Virus record (IMG/VR): IMGVR_UViG_3300034084_000052 | Span: 1-43,737 of that record | Direction: 5' to 3' (one strand) | Length of the DNA stretch: 43,737 nt | Source of the DNA: a virus | Lineage: Duplodnaviria > Caudoviricetes | Shown: in pieces, positions 26,584 through 35,501 of the stretch | Numbering within the stretch: the first letter of the stretch is position 1 | Layout: the number at the start of each line of letters is the position of its first letter | The notes under the pieces: model-generated | Database searches by the model: none | Told to the model about the DNA's origin: nothing | The model's input: the letters and a program-made list of their open reading frames with translations, nothing else | Position numbers and translations under genes: made by a program

Positions 26584-29500
26584 ATGAGCGAGCCCATCAA
26601 GGGAGCAGGCGGCAAGGGCGGCGGCGGTGGAGCTCGCTCCCCGATCGAGGTCCCCGATTCCCTGCGCTCGACCCAGGTCGCAAGGGTCATCGACGTCATT
26701 TCGGAGGGCGTAATCTACGGCTTCCCTGAGTCGGGACCCGTCAATCCGAGCTACGGGGATCCGTCGGACCCGCTCTACGAGGGCGATCTCTCCTCGAAGT
26801 ATATCTACCTCAACGACACCCCCATGATGAACGAGGACGGCTCCTTCAACTTCTCGGACATCTCCTACAACCTCCGCTTCGGGACGCAGGATCAGCCGCA
26901 TGTTGGCGGCTTCCCTGGGTCCGAGAACGTGATCACGGTCGGCGCCGAGTTGAAGGCCGGATCGCCGGGACCCTACGTCCGAACGATCTCCGACGCGAAC
27001 GTCGACGCGGTCATCGTCACGATGGAGTTCCCGCGCCTCACCCTCCAGAGCGCCCAGGGCGACTTGACCGGGTCCTACGTCCAACTCCTGTTCGAGATGC
27101 AGCCCGACGGGGAGGCGTACCAGGAGATCGCGGCGGGCGGGGACGCGAAGGTCGCAGGTAAGAGCGTGGGCTCGTACACCCGCTCCTGGTACATCCCGCT
27201 GACAGGCTCCGCACCCTGGAACATCCGAGTCACCCGGGTCACGGCCGATTCTGTGGATGTCCTCACGAACAACAAGTCCTACGTCCAGAGCATCACCGAG
27301 GTCATTGAGACGAAGTTGAGGTACCCGAACACGGCCTACGCCGCCATTCGGGCTGACGCGAAGCAGTTCGGCTCGATCCCGAGCCGAAGCTACCTCCTCA
27401 AGGGCATCAAGATCCGGGTCCCTTCCAACTATGACCCTGACACCCGCGTCTACACCGGGCTCTGGGACGGAACCTTCCAGCTCGCCTGGAGCAACAACCC
27501 GGCCTGGATCTGGTACGACCTGCTGACGACCGACCGGTACGGCCTGGGCTCCCTCATCGAGCAGGAGATGGTCGACAAGTTCACCTGCTACGAGATCGGC
27601 AAGTACTGCGACGAAATGGTCGACGACGGGTACGGGGGCACGGAACCTCGCTTCACCTGCAACCTGTACCTGATGACCCAAGAGGACGCCTATAAGGTCC
27701 TCGCCAACATCGCCTCCGTCTTTCGAGGGATGACGTACTGGTCCGCGGGGGCTTTCACGCTCGTCGCGGATCAGCCCCGGGACCCTGTCGCGATCTTCAC
27801 GAATGCGAATGTCGTGGAGCCCGGCTTCGAGTACCAGGGTTCCTACCGCAAGACGCGCCACAACGCGATCCAGGTCTCCTGGAACAATCCGCAGGACAAC
27901 TACAAGCTGGACTGGGTCTATGTTGAGGATCCGGCCTCCATTTCCCAGATCGGGCTTCGCTCCACCGAGATCTCGGGGCTCGGCTGCACCTCCCGTCGAC
28001 AGGCCATGTTCGCGGCCCGCGCTGTGCTATTCACGGAGCGATACGAGTCGAGCGTGATCAGCTTCACCACCGGCATGGAGGGCGCGTCCCGGCGCCCTGG
28101 CGACATCATCGAGATCCACGACAACCTCCGCGGAGGCTCAGAGCTGGGCGGGCGTCTCGCCGCGGGCAGTACCTCGAGCACCCTCGTCCTGGATCGCCCA
28201 ATCACCTTCTCACCTGGGGCAGAGATCCTTATCCAGCTCTCTGACGGATTCATCCAGAGCCAGCCCCTCTCGACAGGGTCCGGCACCAACACCGTCACGG
28301 TCTCCACGGCCTTCGCAGAGACCCCCTCGGCGAACACCACCTACATCATCCGGAACCCCGGCGTCGTGAACCTGTACCGGGTGGTCTCAGTGGTCGAGTC
28401 GAAGCCGAATGAGTACGCCATCTCGGCACTGAAGCACGACCCCGACAAGTACGCCTACATCGAGGATGGGATCTCTCTCGTCGACGACGGCCCGAACACG
28501 AACTCGAGCAACATCCCGACGAACCTGATCGTGCGCGAGGACATCCGAACGATGCCGACGGGCGAGATCCATTCCGTGATCACCGCGGACTGGACCCCTG
28601 TCCAGAACGCCGCGAATTATCCGCTCCAATGGAAGAAGGACTTCGGGAACTGGGTCGAGGTCCCGCTCCTCTCGACCGCGAACTACGAGATCCCGGAAGC
28701 GGCCGTGATCGGCTCGACCTACACGGTGCGGGTGGCCTCGGTCGTCGATGGGCGGACGAGCCGGTACGCCTACGGCTCCATCGTCGCGGACGGCAAGACC
28801 GAAGCCCCCGCGGACGTCACCGGGTTCACCGCGGAGCCCGGACTCTACTCCGCGGAGCTGTCCTGGACCGCGAACACCGAACCGGATGTCGTCGGGTACG
28901 AGATCCGGTACGGCGCGACGTGGGGCGCAGCGACGCTCGTCGTGTCCGATTACCTCGGGACGACGTTCACTTGGCAGAAGCAGCCCGCGGATGACTATGA
29001 CCTGCTGATCAAGGCCAAGAACTCGAGCGGCGTCTACAGCGTCACTGCGGCGGCCGTGACCCTCTCGGTGAGCCCTGCGGATGACTTCATCACGCCCTCA
29101 GAGAAGCGGAACTGGAAGGCGACCTACGACATCATCTGGCTCGAAAAGCCTGACCTCGACGCCCAGGCCCTGGCGGTAGGCGTCTCGAGCGTCGCCTACG
29201 ATACCTCGATCACGAACCTGGACACTTACCTCGGGACCCTCACCGGAGCTCAGGGGTGGACGGGTGGAGCCACCGACGACTGGACCAGCTACACGGACGT
29301 CTACTACCTCGGGGACGCGACGCCCCCTACCACAGGGCTCGAGTTCGTCTCGATGTTCCAGGCGGTCACCGTGGCCCGCAATGCCCTCATCGCTGCGATC
29401 ATCGCCGCGACGGGGGATCCTTTCAACCCCACGGATACCTTCCGGCCCGCCCTGATGTGGGACTTCGGGGACGGGAGCGATGGAGGCTTCACGATCTCTG

Positions 29501-31908
29501 GGGGCTCCTCCGCGGACTCCGCCTCACCCCTCGCGAAGGTCTCCCGGAAGTTGACGTGGTCCTCGACCACGATGACCGCCCTCAGCCCGGACTTCTCGAA
29601 CTACAGCTTCACGGGGAAGGAAACTCGTGTGGTCCTGGCTCGGGTTAGGTACAACTCCGGGACCTGGGTCGGCAAGTGCCACTTCAAGGGACTGAGCCCT
29701 TCCGTGACCACCGGCACCACCGACAAGTGGGCCCAGATCACGGCCCCGCCCGTTGGTCAGTGGACCGACATCGCGTGGGACATGGCGCTCCTAGAGGATT
29801 CGAGTACCAGCTACATCGCGAACACCCGGATCGATCAGATCCTGCTGGACCTCGTCTCGAGCGCAGGAGATGTCGAGATCGACCACGTCAGCATCGGCAC
29901 CTACGGCGCGGGCTCGAAGATGGACCGCGACAACGCGCTCTACCAAGGGATCCTGGACGCCCTGGCCACGGGGAACGTCGCCCTGCTCGGCAGCACGGTG
30001 ATCTCGAACGGCGGGAACCTGATCCCGAACCCGAAGAGCGAGCTGACCTCGACCACCCTGCCCGCAGGGTCCTACGGACTCGTGAGCCTGGACAGCACCG
30101 GCATCGGCTACAACAGCTCGACCGGGTGCCGCAAGGTCCTGGCCGGCGTGACCTCCCAGATCACGGCCCGCACCGAGTGCAAACCGAACGAGGTCTACTA
30201 CGTTTCGGCCCAGGCCAAGGTCAGCGGCGCAGCGACCGCGTCCCTCCAGGTCGAGACCTTCGACAAGGACGGCGTGAGCCAGGGGAACGTGACGATGGCG
30301 GCCGGCTACGCCACGACCTCGACGAGCTACACCTTGATCTACGGCCAAGCGACCATCCCTGCGAACGCGGTGGCCTTCTGCGTGAAGCTAAACTGCACGG
30401 CCGGCACGCACGCCCTCTTCGATGACCTCGGCTGCTTGCGCTGTGCCGATGCCGCGCTCCTCGTGAACGGCTCCGTCACGGCCCTCGTCATCGCCGCCAG
30501 CGCGATCCAGACGTATCACCTTAGCGTCGGCCCGAACTACCAGTTCACGGCGACCGCGGGCGGCTCTCCGCTCCTCATGAACAACGACGGCTCCTTCAGC
30601 GCGAACACCGTCAACGGGGCCGTCGAGAACAGCGTCGATGCTGCGTCCTACATGGATGCGCTGCGCCTGTATCCGGCGGCGAGGTCCAAGACCTACGAGG
30701 CGAACTTCACGAGCGCCGGGGGGCAGGACCGAGGCTTCCTGATCAACATGAGCAGCGCCTTCGGGACCGTCACTACCGGGCTCAGGATTCTGCACAGCGG
30801 CTCCGCGATCACCGTGAAGCCGGTGACAGGCACCCGGACCTACGGCGCCACGATCACCCCCACCACCACCCCCGCATCCGTTCCCGCTGCGGGCACCGGG
30901 AAGCTGACCGCGATCTGGTCCGGGGAATCCGGCACGAGCGCCACCCGGCGCCTGATCATCAAGTGCGATGGCGTCGAGGTGCAGACCTACTCGGACGCCG
31001 CTATCGCCGCGGTGTCCGCGGGGGACGACGGACAGCAGTCCGGCTACGCCGGGATCCTCCTCGGGACCCACGCGACCCGCCCCGGGGACGTGAAGGCCTG
31101 GGGTATCGCCCTGGGGATCGGCTCGGTCACCATCCAGGATGGCACCGTGACCGCGGATTCTTTGATCGCCGACTTCGCCATCGTGAACACGATCCGTTCG
31201 AGCAACTACGTCGTTGGGAACGGTGGCGCGAGCGCAACCGGATTCAAGGTCAGCGGAACGGCCTTCAACGTGACCCTCAAAGGGCACGCCTCTCCGACCT
31301 CTCTCCAGGCCGAGTTCGGGGACGATGTCGCGATCGCTGGGTACCGAGCCCTGACCCTTGCGGATCGAGCGATGTTCGCTCACAACCGGCTGAGTAACTC
31401 AGCATTCGCCTACAGCCTCTCCCCCTGGGGAACGAACGGGACGGAGCCCCCTATCTGGTCCAGCGAGACCAAGACCTCGGGCACGGGGTCCGCGGAACAG
31501 TCGGCCTCGGGCACCGTCCTAGCGACCCCTGTCGAATCCACCGGGAGCATCATCCAGCCCTTCACGGTGCCGCCGCTGGAGGCCAGCGAGGTCGTGCTCC
31601 TGACGATGCAGACCGGAAGGTACAGCAGCTCGGGCGCGAACGCCAGCTACGACGGCTACGTCAAGGCCTACCTCCTGAACACCGCCACCGGGGTGGAGTC
31701 GTTACTCGCCACCTACACCTACACCACCTGGACCACTGCCGAAGCCCTTGCCTGGACCTCCCGATCCGAGGACATCAGCACCGAGATCGGGACGGCCGGC
31801 GGGGATTTCGTGCTCCGGATCGAGATGTACGCCTACGCAATCCGGACGGGTGGCGCAGGAACCAAGACCGCGTCCATCTACGTGGATGAGGTCTCCATTG
31901 AAATCTAG
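26584..31908 (+). CDS. Central tail fibre/tip attachment protein gpJ-like
   Basis: I.GAGGKGGGG, DVISEG.I.G, YPNTA, VPSNYDP..R.Y.G.WDGTF..AWSNNPAW and EPRFTCN. FN3-like domains and a long C-terminal extension. 1774 aa. Confidence 0.95.
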   Translation: MSEPIKGAGGKGGGGGARSPIEVPDSLRSTQVARVIDVISEGVIYGFPESGPVNPSYGDPSDPLYEGDLSSKYIYLNDTPMMNEDGSFNFSDISYNLRFGTQDQPHVGGFPGSENVITVGAELKAGSPGPYVRTISDANVDAVIVTMEFPRLTLQSAQGDLTGSYVQLLFEMQPDGEAYQEIAAGGDAKVAGKSVGSYTRSWYIPLTGSAPWNIRVTRVTADSVDVLTNNKSYVQSITEVIETKLRYPNTAYAAIRADAKQFGSIPSRSYLLKGIKIRVPSNYDPDTRVYTGLWDGTFQLAWSNNPAWIWYDLLTTDRYGLGSLIEQEMVDKFTCYEIGKYCDEMVDDGYGGTEPRFTCNLYLMTQEDAYKVLANIASVFRGMTYWSAGAFTLVADQPRDPVAIFTNANVVEPGFEYQGSYRKTRHNAIQVSWNNPQDNYKLDWVYVEDPASISQIGLRSTEISGLGCTSRRQAMFAARAVLFTERYESSVISFTTGMEGASRRPGDIIEIHDNLRGGSELGGRLAAGSTSSTLVLDRPITFSPGAEILIQLSDGFIQSQPLSTGSGTNTVTVSTAFAETPSANTTYIIRNPGVVNLYRVVSVVESKPNEYAISALKHDPDKYAYIEDGISLVDDGPNTNSSNIPTNLIVREDIRTMPTGEIHSVITADWTPVQNAANYPLQWKKDFGNWVEVPLLSTANYEIPEAAVIGSTYTVRVASVVDGRTSRYAYGSIVADGKTEAPADVTGFTAEPGLYSAELSWTANTEPDVVGYEIRYGATWGAATLVVSDYLGTTFTWQKQPADDYDLLIKAKNSSGVYSVTAAAVTLSVSPADDFITPSEKRNWKATYDIIWLEKPDLDAQALAVGVSSVAYDTSITNLDTYLGTLTGAQGWTGGATDDWTSYTDVYYLGDATPPTTGLEFVSMFQAVTVARNALIAAIIAATGDPFNPTDTFRPALMWDFGDGSDGGFTISGGSSADSASPLAKVSRKLTWSSTTMTALSPDFSNYSFTGKETRVVLARVRYNSGTWVGKCHFKGLSPSVTTGTTDKWAQITAPPVGQWTDIAWDMALLEDSSTSYIANTRIDQILLDLVSSAGDVEIDHVSIGTYGAGSKMDRDNALYQGILDALATGNVALLGSTVISNGGNLIPNPKSELTSTTLPAGSYGLVSLDSTGIGYNSSTGCRKVLAGVTSQITARTECKPNEVYYVSAQAKVSGAATASLQVETFDKDGVSQGNVTMAAGYATTSTSYTLIYGQATIPANAVAFCVKLNCTAGTHALFDDLGCLRCADAALLVNGSVTALVIAASAIQTYHLSVGPNYQFTATAGGSPLLMNNDGSFSANTVNGAVENSVDAASYMDALRLYPAARSKTYEANFTSAGGQDRGFLINMSSAFGTVTTGLRILHSGSAITVKPVTGTRTYGATITPTTTPASVPAAGTGKLTAIWSGESGTSATRRLIIKCDGVEVQTYSDAAIAAVSAGDDGQQSGYAGILLGTHATRPGDVKAWGIALGIGSVTIQDGTVTADSLIADFAIVNTIRSSNYVVGNGGASATGFKVSGTAFNVTLKGHASPTSLQAEFGDDVAIAGYRALTLADRAMFAHNRLSNSAFAYSLSPWGTNGTEPPIWSSETKTSGTGSAEQSASGTVLATPVESTGSIIQPFTVPPLEASEVVLLTMQTGRYSSSGANASYDGYVKAYLLNTATGVESLLATYTYTTWTTAEALAWTSRSEDISTEIGTAGGDFVLRIEMYAYAIRTGGAGTKTASIYVDEVSIEI

Positions 31909-31921
31909 CCCAGAGAGCACC

Positions 31922-32713
31922 GTGTCCAATCCATCCCCCCTTCGCTCCGCCCTGCTCGTCCTGCTCTCGGTCCTAGGAACTTGGGCCTGGATGGCCCGCC
32001 AGCAGGCGAAACAGGTCGCGGCCCTCCAAGATACCCTCCGGGCCGAGTTCAAGCTCCTAGGCCCCTCAGCGCAAGCCCAGGGGCACCTCCTGGACTACAC
32101 CGAGCTGGCCAAGAAGGTGAAGGAGACGATGGGCCCCGAGCTGGCGGCCGAGATCCGGAAGCAGGGGGGTCGGGTGGTCGCCTCGGTTCAGGGCACGGCC
32201 CTCGTCCCGGGGTCAGAGGTCTCGCAGCATTCGGACCCCCCTGACCTCCCGAATGGGGGCTTCGACACCACCGTCGTGCAGGGCCGCCCTTCGGGTCTCC
32301 CTCCCTTGACCGAAGCTCGGTTGCGGTACGTCCCAAACCTCGGACTGACGACAAATTGGATCAACTACTCGGAACAATACAAGCTCAACTTCGCGACGTG
32401 GCGCACCGACAAGGACGGGATGCGGGCCGGAGCATCCCTCTCCCGGGAGGTCTTCGACCCCGAAGGGAAGTCCCTGGGCACGGAGCAGATCCCCCTGACC
32501 GGGGCCGAGGCCTTCTTCCCGGGGTCCGAGGTTCGGAGGGTTGAGTCCTTCCCGAAGTATGGGATTGGTCTAGGTATTGGACGTGACGAACTCGGCAGAA
32601 CGAGGCCCAACCTCATCTTCGAGAAGCACCTGACCCGAAATTGGTCGATAATGACTGGGTACGTAAACGGCAGCAGCCTGATCCTAGGCAAATACACTTG
32701 GGGGCGAAATTGA
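31922..32713 (+). CDS. Membrane-anchored protein with beta-strand C-terminus (spanin-like candidate)
   Basis: GTG 31922. N-terminal TM ALLVLLSVLGTWAWM, then a coiled segment. C-terminal amphipathic strands KYGIGLGIG, NWSIMTGYV and LILGKYTW. Confidence 0.65.
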   Translation: MSNPSPLRSALLVLLSVLGTWAWMARQQAKQVAALQDTLRAEFKLLGPSAQAQGHLLDYTELAKKVKETMGPELAAEIRKQGGRVVASVQGTALVPGSEVSQHSDPPDLPNGGFDTTVVQGRPSGLPPLTEARLRYVPNLGLTTNWINYSEQYKLNFATWRTDKDGMRAGASLSREVFDPEGKSLGTEQIPLTGAEAFFPGSEVRRVESFPKYGIGLGIGRDELGRTRPNLIFEKHLTRNWSIMTGYVNGSSLILGKYTWGRN

Positions 32714-33165
32714 GCACTCTGACGATCACGATGGACAAAGGGGCCTTCCTGACGGAAGTCCAGAAATACGTTAATCTCTCGCCCGTCTTCGCGGAGTGGA
32801 AGGACGTCCAGTCCCTGGACTGGCCCAGTGCCCTCGTCCCGCCCAAGCTCTGGAAGACCCTTCCCGAGATCATCCAGTTCATCGGCGCCGTCTGCGCCGC
32901 AGTCGAGCTGGCCAAGATCGAGGTCATCAAGAAGGAGGACCCCGACGGCACGAAGGGCGCCAAGTTCGACCGGGAGTTGGCCCTCCGCACCGCGGTCACG
33001 ATCTTCGCCGCGGGTGTCCGGTTTGGGGGCGTCTGGGGATGGCTCCCGGGGCGCATCTGGTTCCCGATCATGAACCTCCTGATCTCGATCTATGTTTCCC
33101 AGCGTCCCGCCGACTGGGCCGCGCTTGCGGTCAAGATCCTCCGCATCGCGCTGGTGACGGTGTGA
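32710..33165 (+). CDS. Hypothetical lysis-cassette protein (amphipathic/hydrophobic)
   Basis: TTGA overlap start (alternative ATG 32731). The stop overlaps the endolysin start. Confidence 0.65.
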   Translation: MSTLTITMDKGAFLTEVQKYVNLSPVFAEWKDVQSLDWPSALVPPKLWKTLPEIIQFIGAVCAAVELAKIEVIKKEDPDGTKGAKFDRELALRTAVTIFAAGVRFGGVWGWLPGRIWFPIMNLLISIYVSQRPADWAALAVKILRIALVTV

Positions 33166-33692
33166 CGTCGCGACTGGACAGGGCTCTGGACTTCACCCTC
33201 GAGCACGAGGGCGGATGGTCGGACAGGAAGAACGACAAGGGGGGCAAGACGAACTGGGGGATCACCCTGGCGGTCCTGAAGGGCCTCGGCCGGGATGTGG
33301 ACCTGGATGGGGATGTGGATGCGGACGACCTCCGGGCCTTGCCGAAGGAGGAGGCTCGAGCCATCTACGAGAACCTGTACTGGTTCGGGGACCCTTTCCT
33401 GGACGACGCCGTCGCGATCAAGCACTTCGACATCGGCGTGCACGCCGGCCCCGGCACCGCGAACAAGATCCTTCAGCGGGCCATCAACAACTTCTGGGGG
33501 AGGCCCCTCCTCGCCGAGGACGGTCATCTGGGTCCGAAGACCCTGGCCGCGGCCAATGCGCTCCCCCCGAAGGACATGCTCCAGGCCCTTTGTGCGGAGC
33601 AACTCGGCCACTACCTCAACATCATCCGGCTGGACCCCACCCAGATCGAGTTCCAGAACGGCTGGATCAAGCGGGCCAAGCGGAAGCCCTGA
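33162..33692 (+). CDS. Endolysin, glycoside hydrolase family 108 with C-terminal peptidoglycan-binding region
   Basis: TLEHEGGWSD...DKGGKTNWGIT, EF-hand-like DVDLDGDVDADD, IY...YW, DGHLGPKTL and F..GW..R. Confidence 0.92.
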   Translation: MTSRLDRALDFTLEHEGGWSDRKNDKGGKTNWGITLAVLKGLGRDVDLDGDVDADDLRALPKEEARAIYENLYWFGDPFLDDAVAIKHFDIGVHAGPGTANKILQRAINNFWGRPLLAEDGHLGPKTLAAANALPPKDMLQALCAEQLGHYLNIIRLDPTQIEFQNGWIKRAKRKP

Positions 33693-33722
33693 GGAGGGTA
33701 CACTACCTCAGGGGGGATCGAG

Positions 33723-33929
33723 ATGTTGACCGGACACGGCAAGATCTATTGCCCGGCGTGCCTCAGGCTCCTGACCTGCCACCTGTGCGATCATATGGGG
33801 GACCGAGGAGACCACTCGGCCCTCTATGTCCACGACGAGGTGCCGCATGACGGGGAAACTATGGCTTGCCTGGATCGGATCCGTCCTGCTTGGGTTCCTC
33901 GTAGGGTATCTGGTATCAGTGAAGTATGA
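33723..33929 (+). CDS. Possible Cys/His-rich small protein
   Basis: G-rich RBS, CPAC and CHLC motifs. Overlaps the holin candidate by 83 nt. Confidence 0.4.
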   Translation: MLTGHGKIYCPACLRLLTCHLCDHMGDRGDHSALYVHDEVPHDGETMACLDRIRPAWVPRRVSGISEV

Positions 33930-34191
33930 AAAACTCGGCTTCACCCTTTTCGGGGACAACGGCGTCTTTCGGGGCAAGCGGAACGAGGGCTCCTACACCC
34001 GGGTGATTCCGTTTCTGCTCATCGTGGTCGCGGTCCTGATCTGGGTCGCCGGGGTCTACGTCCCAGACATCGCGGCCTACGCCACCTCCATGATCGACAA
34101 GATCATCGAGCTCGCGAAGTGGACCTTCGGCCTCGGTAAGGGGTCCGAGGAAATCAGTGGCATTGGAAAGCCGGCCAAGGCCGAGGAATGA
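33847..34191 (+). CDS. Holin candidate (two TM segments)
   Basis: GAGGT RBS. TM segments LWLAWIGSVLLGFLVGYLVSV and VIPFLLIVVAVLIWVAGVYV. Downstream of the endolysin. Confidence 0.65.
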   Translation: MTGKLWLAWIGSVLLGFLVGYLVSVKYEKLGFTLFGDNGVFRGKRNEGSYTRVIPFLLIVVAVLIWVAGVYVPDIAAYATSMIDKIIELAKWTFGLGKGSEEISGIGKPAKAEE

Positions 34192-34550
34192 AACCCCTCC
34201 GGGTCGTTTCTCTGGGGGTGGCCCTCGGACTGTTCCTTTCGACCTGCTGGGGGAATGTCCAGGACGCTCGAGGGGAGCGGGACCTCTGGGAGGAGCGGGC
34301 CCAACTGTCCGAGTTTCTCGAGGAACGGTCCAGACAAAAGGTTGCGACCCTCACCCGGAGGTGTGGGTCGCATCAACGGACAATAGCTGTCCAACGGCAC
34401 AACATCGAGGTCTTGCTCGGACTGGCCGCCGCCCTCCGGGATCTCCGAAGGGGGGAAGTTCCGAAGCCGAAGGAGCCGGAGGAGGTTCCTCGGTTCGAGT
34501 ATCCTCGCTTTTCGATCGTCAGCGGTTCAGCGCCAACTGAGCACCCATGA
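34188..34550 (+). CDS. Spanin-like protein (signal/TM + coiled coil, near-lipobox LSTC)
   Basis: ATGA overlap. MKPLRVVSLGVALGLFLSTC followed by a charged helical region. Last gene of the lysis cassette. Confidence 0.55.
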   Translation: MKPLRVVSLGVALGLFLSTCWGNVQDARGERDLWEERAQLSEFLEERSRQKVATLTRRCGSHQRTIAVQRHNIEVLLGLAAALRDLRRGEVPKPKEPEEVPRFEYPRFSIVSGSAPTEHP

Positions 34551-35148
34551 CGACCCAGTCGCGGTTACCGTGGGCGTCCTCGGCGACACCGGGGGCGGGA
34601 TCGAATCGGACCTGATAGCTCGGCGCACACCCGGACAGCGTAGTCTCCCGGATCACGGTCCCGGTGTTCCCGACCATGAACCAGTTCTGATTCAGGGCCG
34701 TGTAGTCGGAGGGAACGATCACGACCCGATCCCCCGGGGAGAAGCGTGGGCTCGGCGCTACGAGGTGGCGTCGGTCAACGATGTCGTCCTCGGAAGGAGC
34801 GGGGTCCGAGGGCTTCTCGAACTGCGCCTGGAACTCTTCCTGGTCGATCGCCAGGAACAGGAGCAGGTAGTTGATGACGTCCATCACCCGGCCCGCGATG
34901 GGCTCCTCGGTCTTGGGCCAGTTCCCGGCGACCCGCTCCCGGATGTACCGCTCGATCGAATCGAGGTGCTTCCCCATGTAGACGGAGTGGACGACGTAGG
35001 GAGAGACCCCCAGCTTCTTGGCGTTATTCCGGAAGTTGGTCGTGACCTCCTGCGCGTTCGAGTACTCGTCCCCCTTTCCGGTGAGGATGCGCTCCGCCTC
35101 GGTCAGGGTCGGGTGCACGATCTGGCTCAGAAATTCGGCTCTGTTCAT
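34519..35148 (-). CDS. Nucleotide-modification-associated (DUF1599/Nmad-like, all-alpha) protein with SH3-like C-terminus
   Basis: L..KG.EY......NF, Y..KH.D.I and E.I..R..D.INY.LL motifs. C-terminal FSPGDRVVIV...G..GTV...Y.V.FD. Confidence 0.65.
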   Translation of the reverse strand: MNRAEFLSQIVHPTLTEAERILTGKGDEYSNAQEVTTNFRNNAKKLGVSPYVVHSVYMGKHLDSIERYIRERVAGNWPKTEEPIAGRVMDVINYLLLFLAIDQEEFQAQFEKPSDPAPSEDDIVDRRHLVAPSPRFSPGDRVVIVPSDYTALNQNWFMVGNTGTVIRETTLSGCAPSYQVRFDPAPGVAEDAHGNRDWVVMGAQLALNR

Positions 35149-35501
35149 TTGAAGACCTCCTCGTTGGGGTTGAATCCGTTCTGGACTGCTCGTTCAATTG
35201 CCTTGATGCGGCGGTAATCATCTTCCGCCCGGAACACGGGGTGGTCCATCCCCCAGGGTGCCCCGAGGACCTCATCCGCGGCCTGCTGGGCCCACGCCGG
35301 CCAGGAGGAGCGGAGGGGCCACTGGTACTCGGCCCGTGCCCGGGAGAGCCCGTACCAACGGGCCTCGGCTCTCCGATCGAGCCACCACAGCAGTCCCCCG
35401 AAGATCAGGATGCTTCCGGCGAAAACGAGCCAGGAGAGCAACTCCGACTGAGGGGAGGCCGGTCCCTCACTTCCTGGAAACTTCCCACCAGCTATTTCCA
35501 T
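35145..35501 (-). CDS. Small membrane protein
   Basis: TM segment LLSWLVFAGSILIFGGLLWWL. The stop overlaps the next start, and the start overlaps the polymerase end. Confidence 0.6.
   Translation of the reverse strand: MEIAGGKFPGSEGPASPQSELLSWLVFAGSILIFGGLLWWLDRRAEARWYGLSRARAEYQWPLRSSWPAWAQQAADEVLGAPWGMDHPVFRAEDDYRRIKAIERAVQNGFNPNEEVFK

Noticed and set aside
247-34550. Stop-codon reassignment / alternative genetic code
   Set aside because: Core genes are full length in the standard code, and TAA, TAG and TGA all serve as stops at sensible gene ends.
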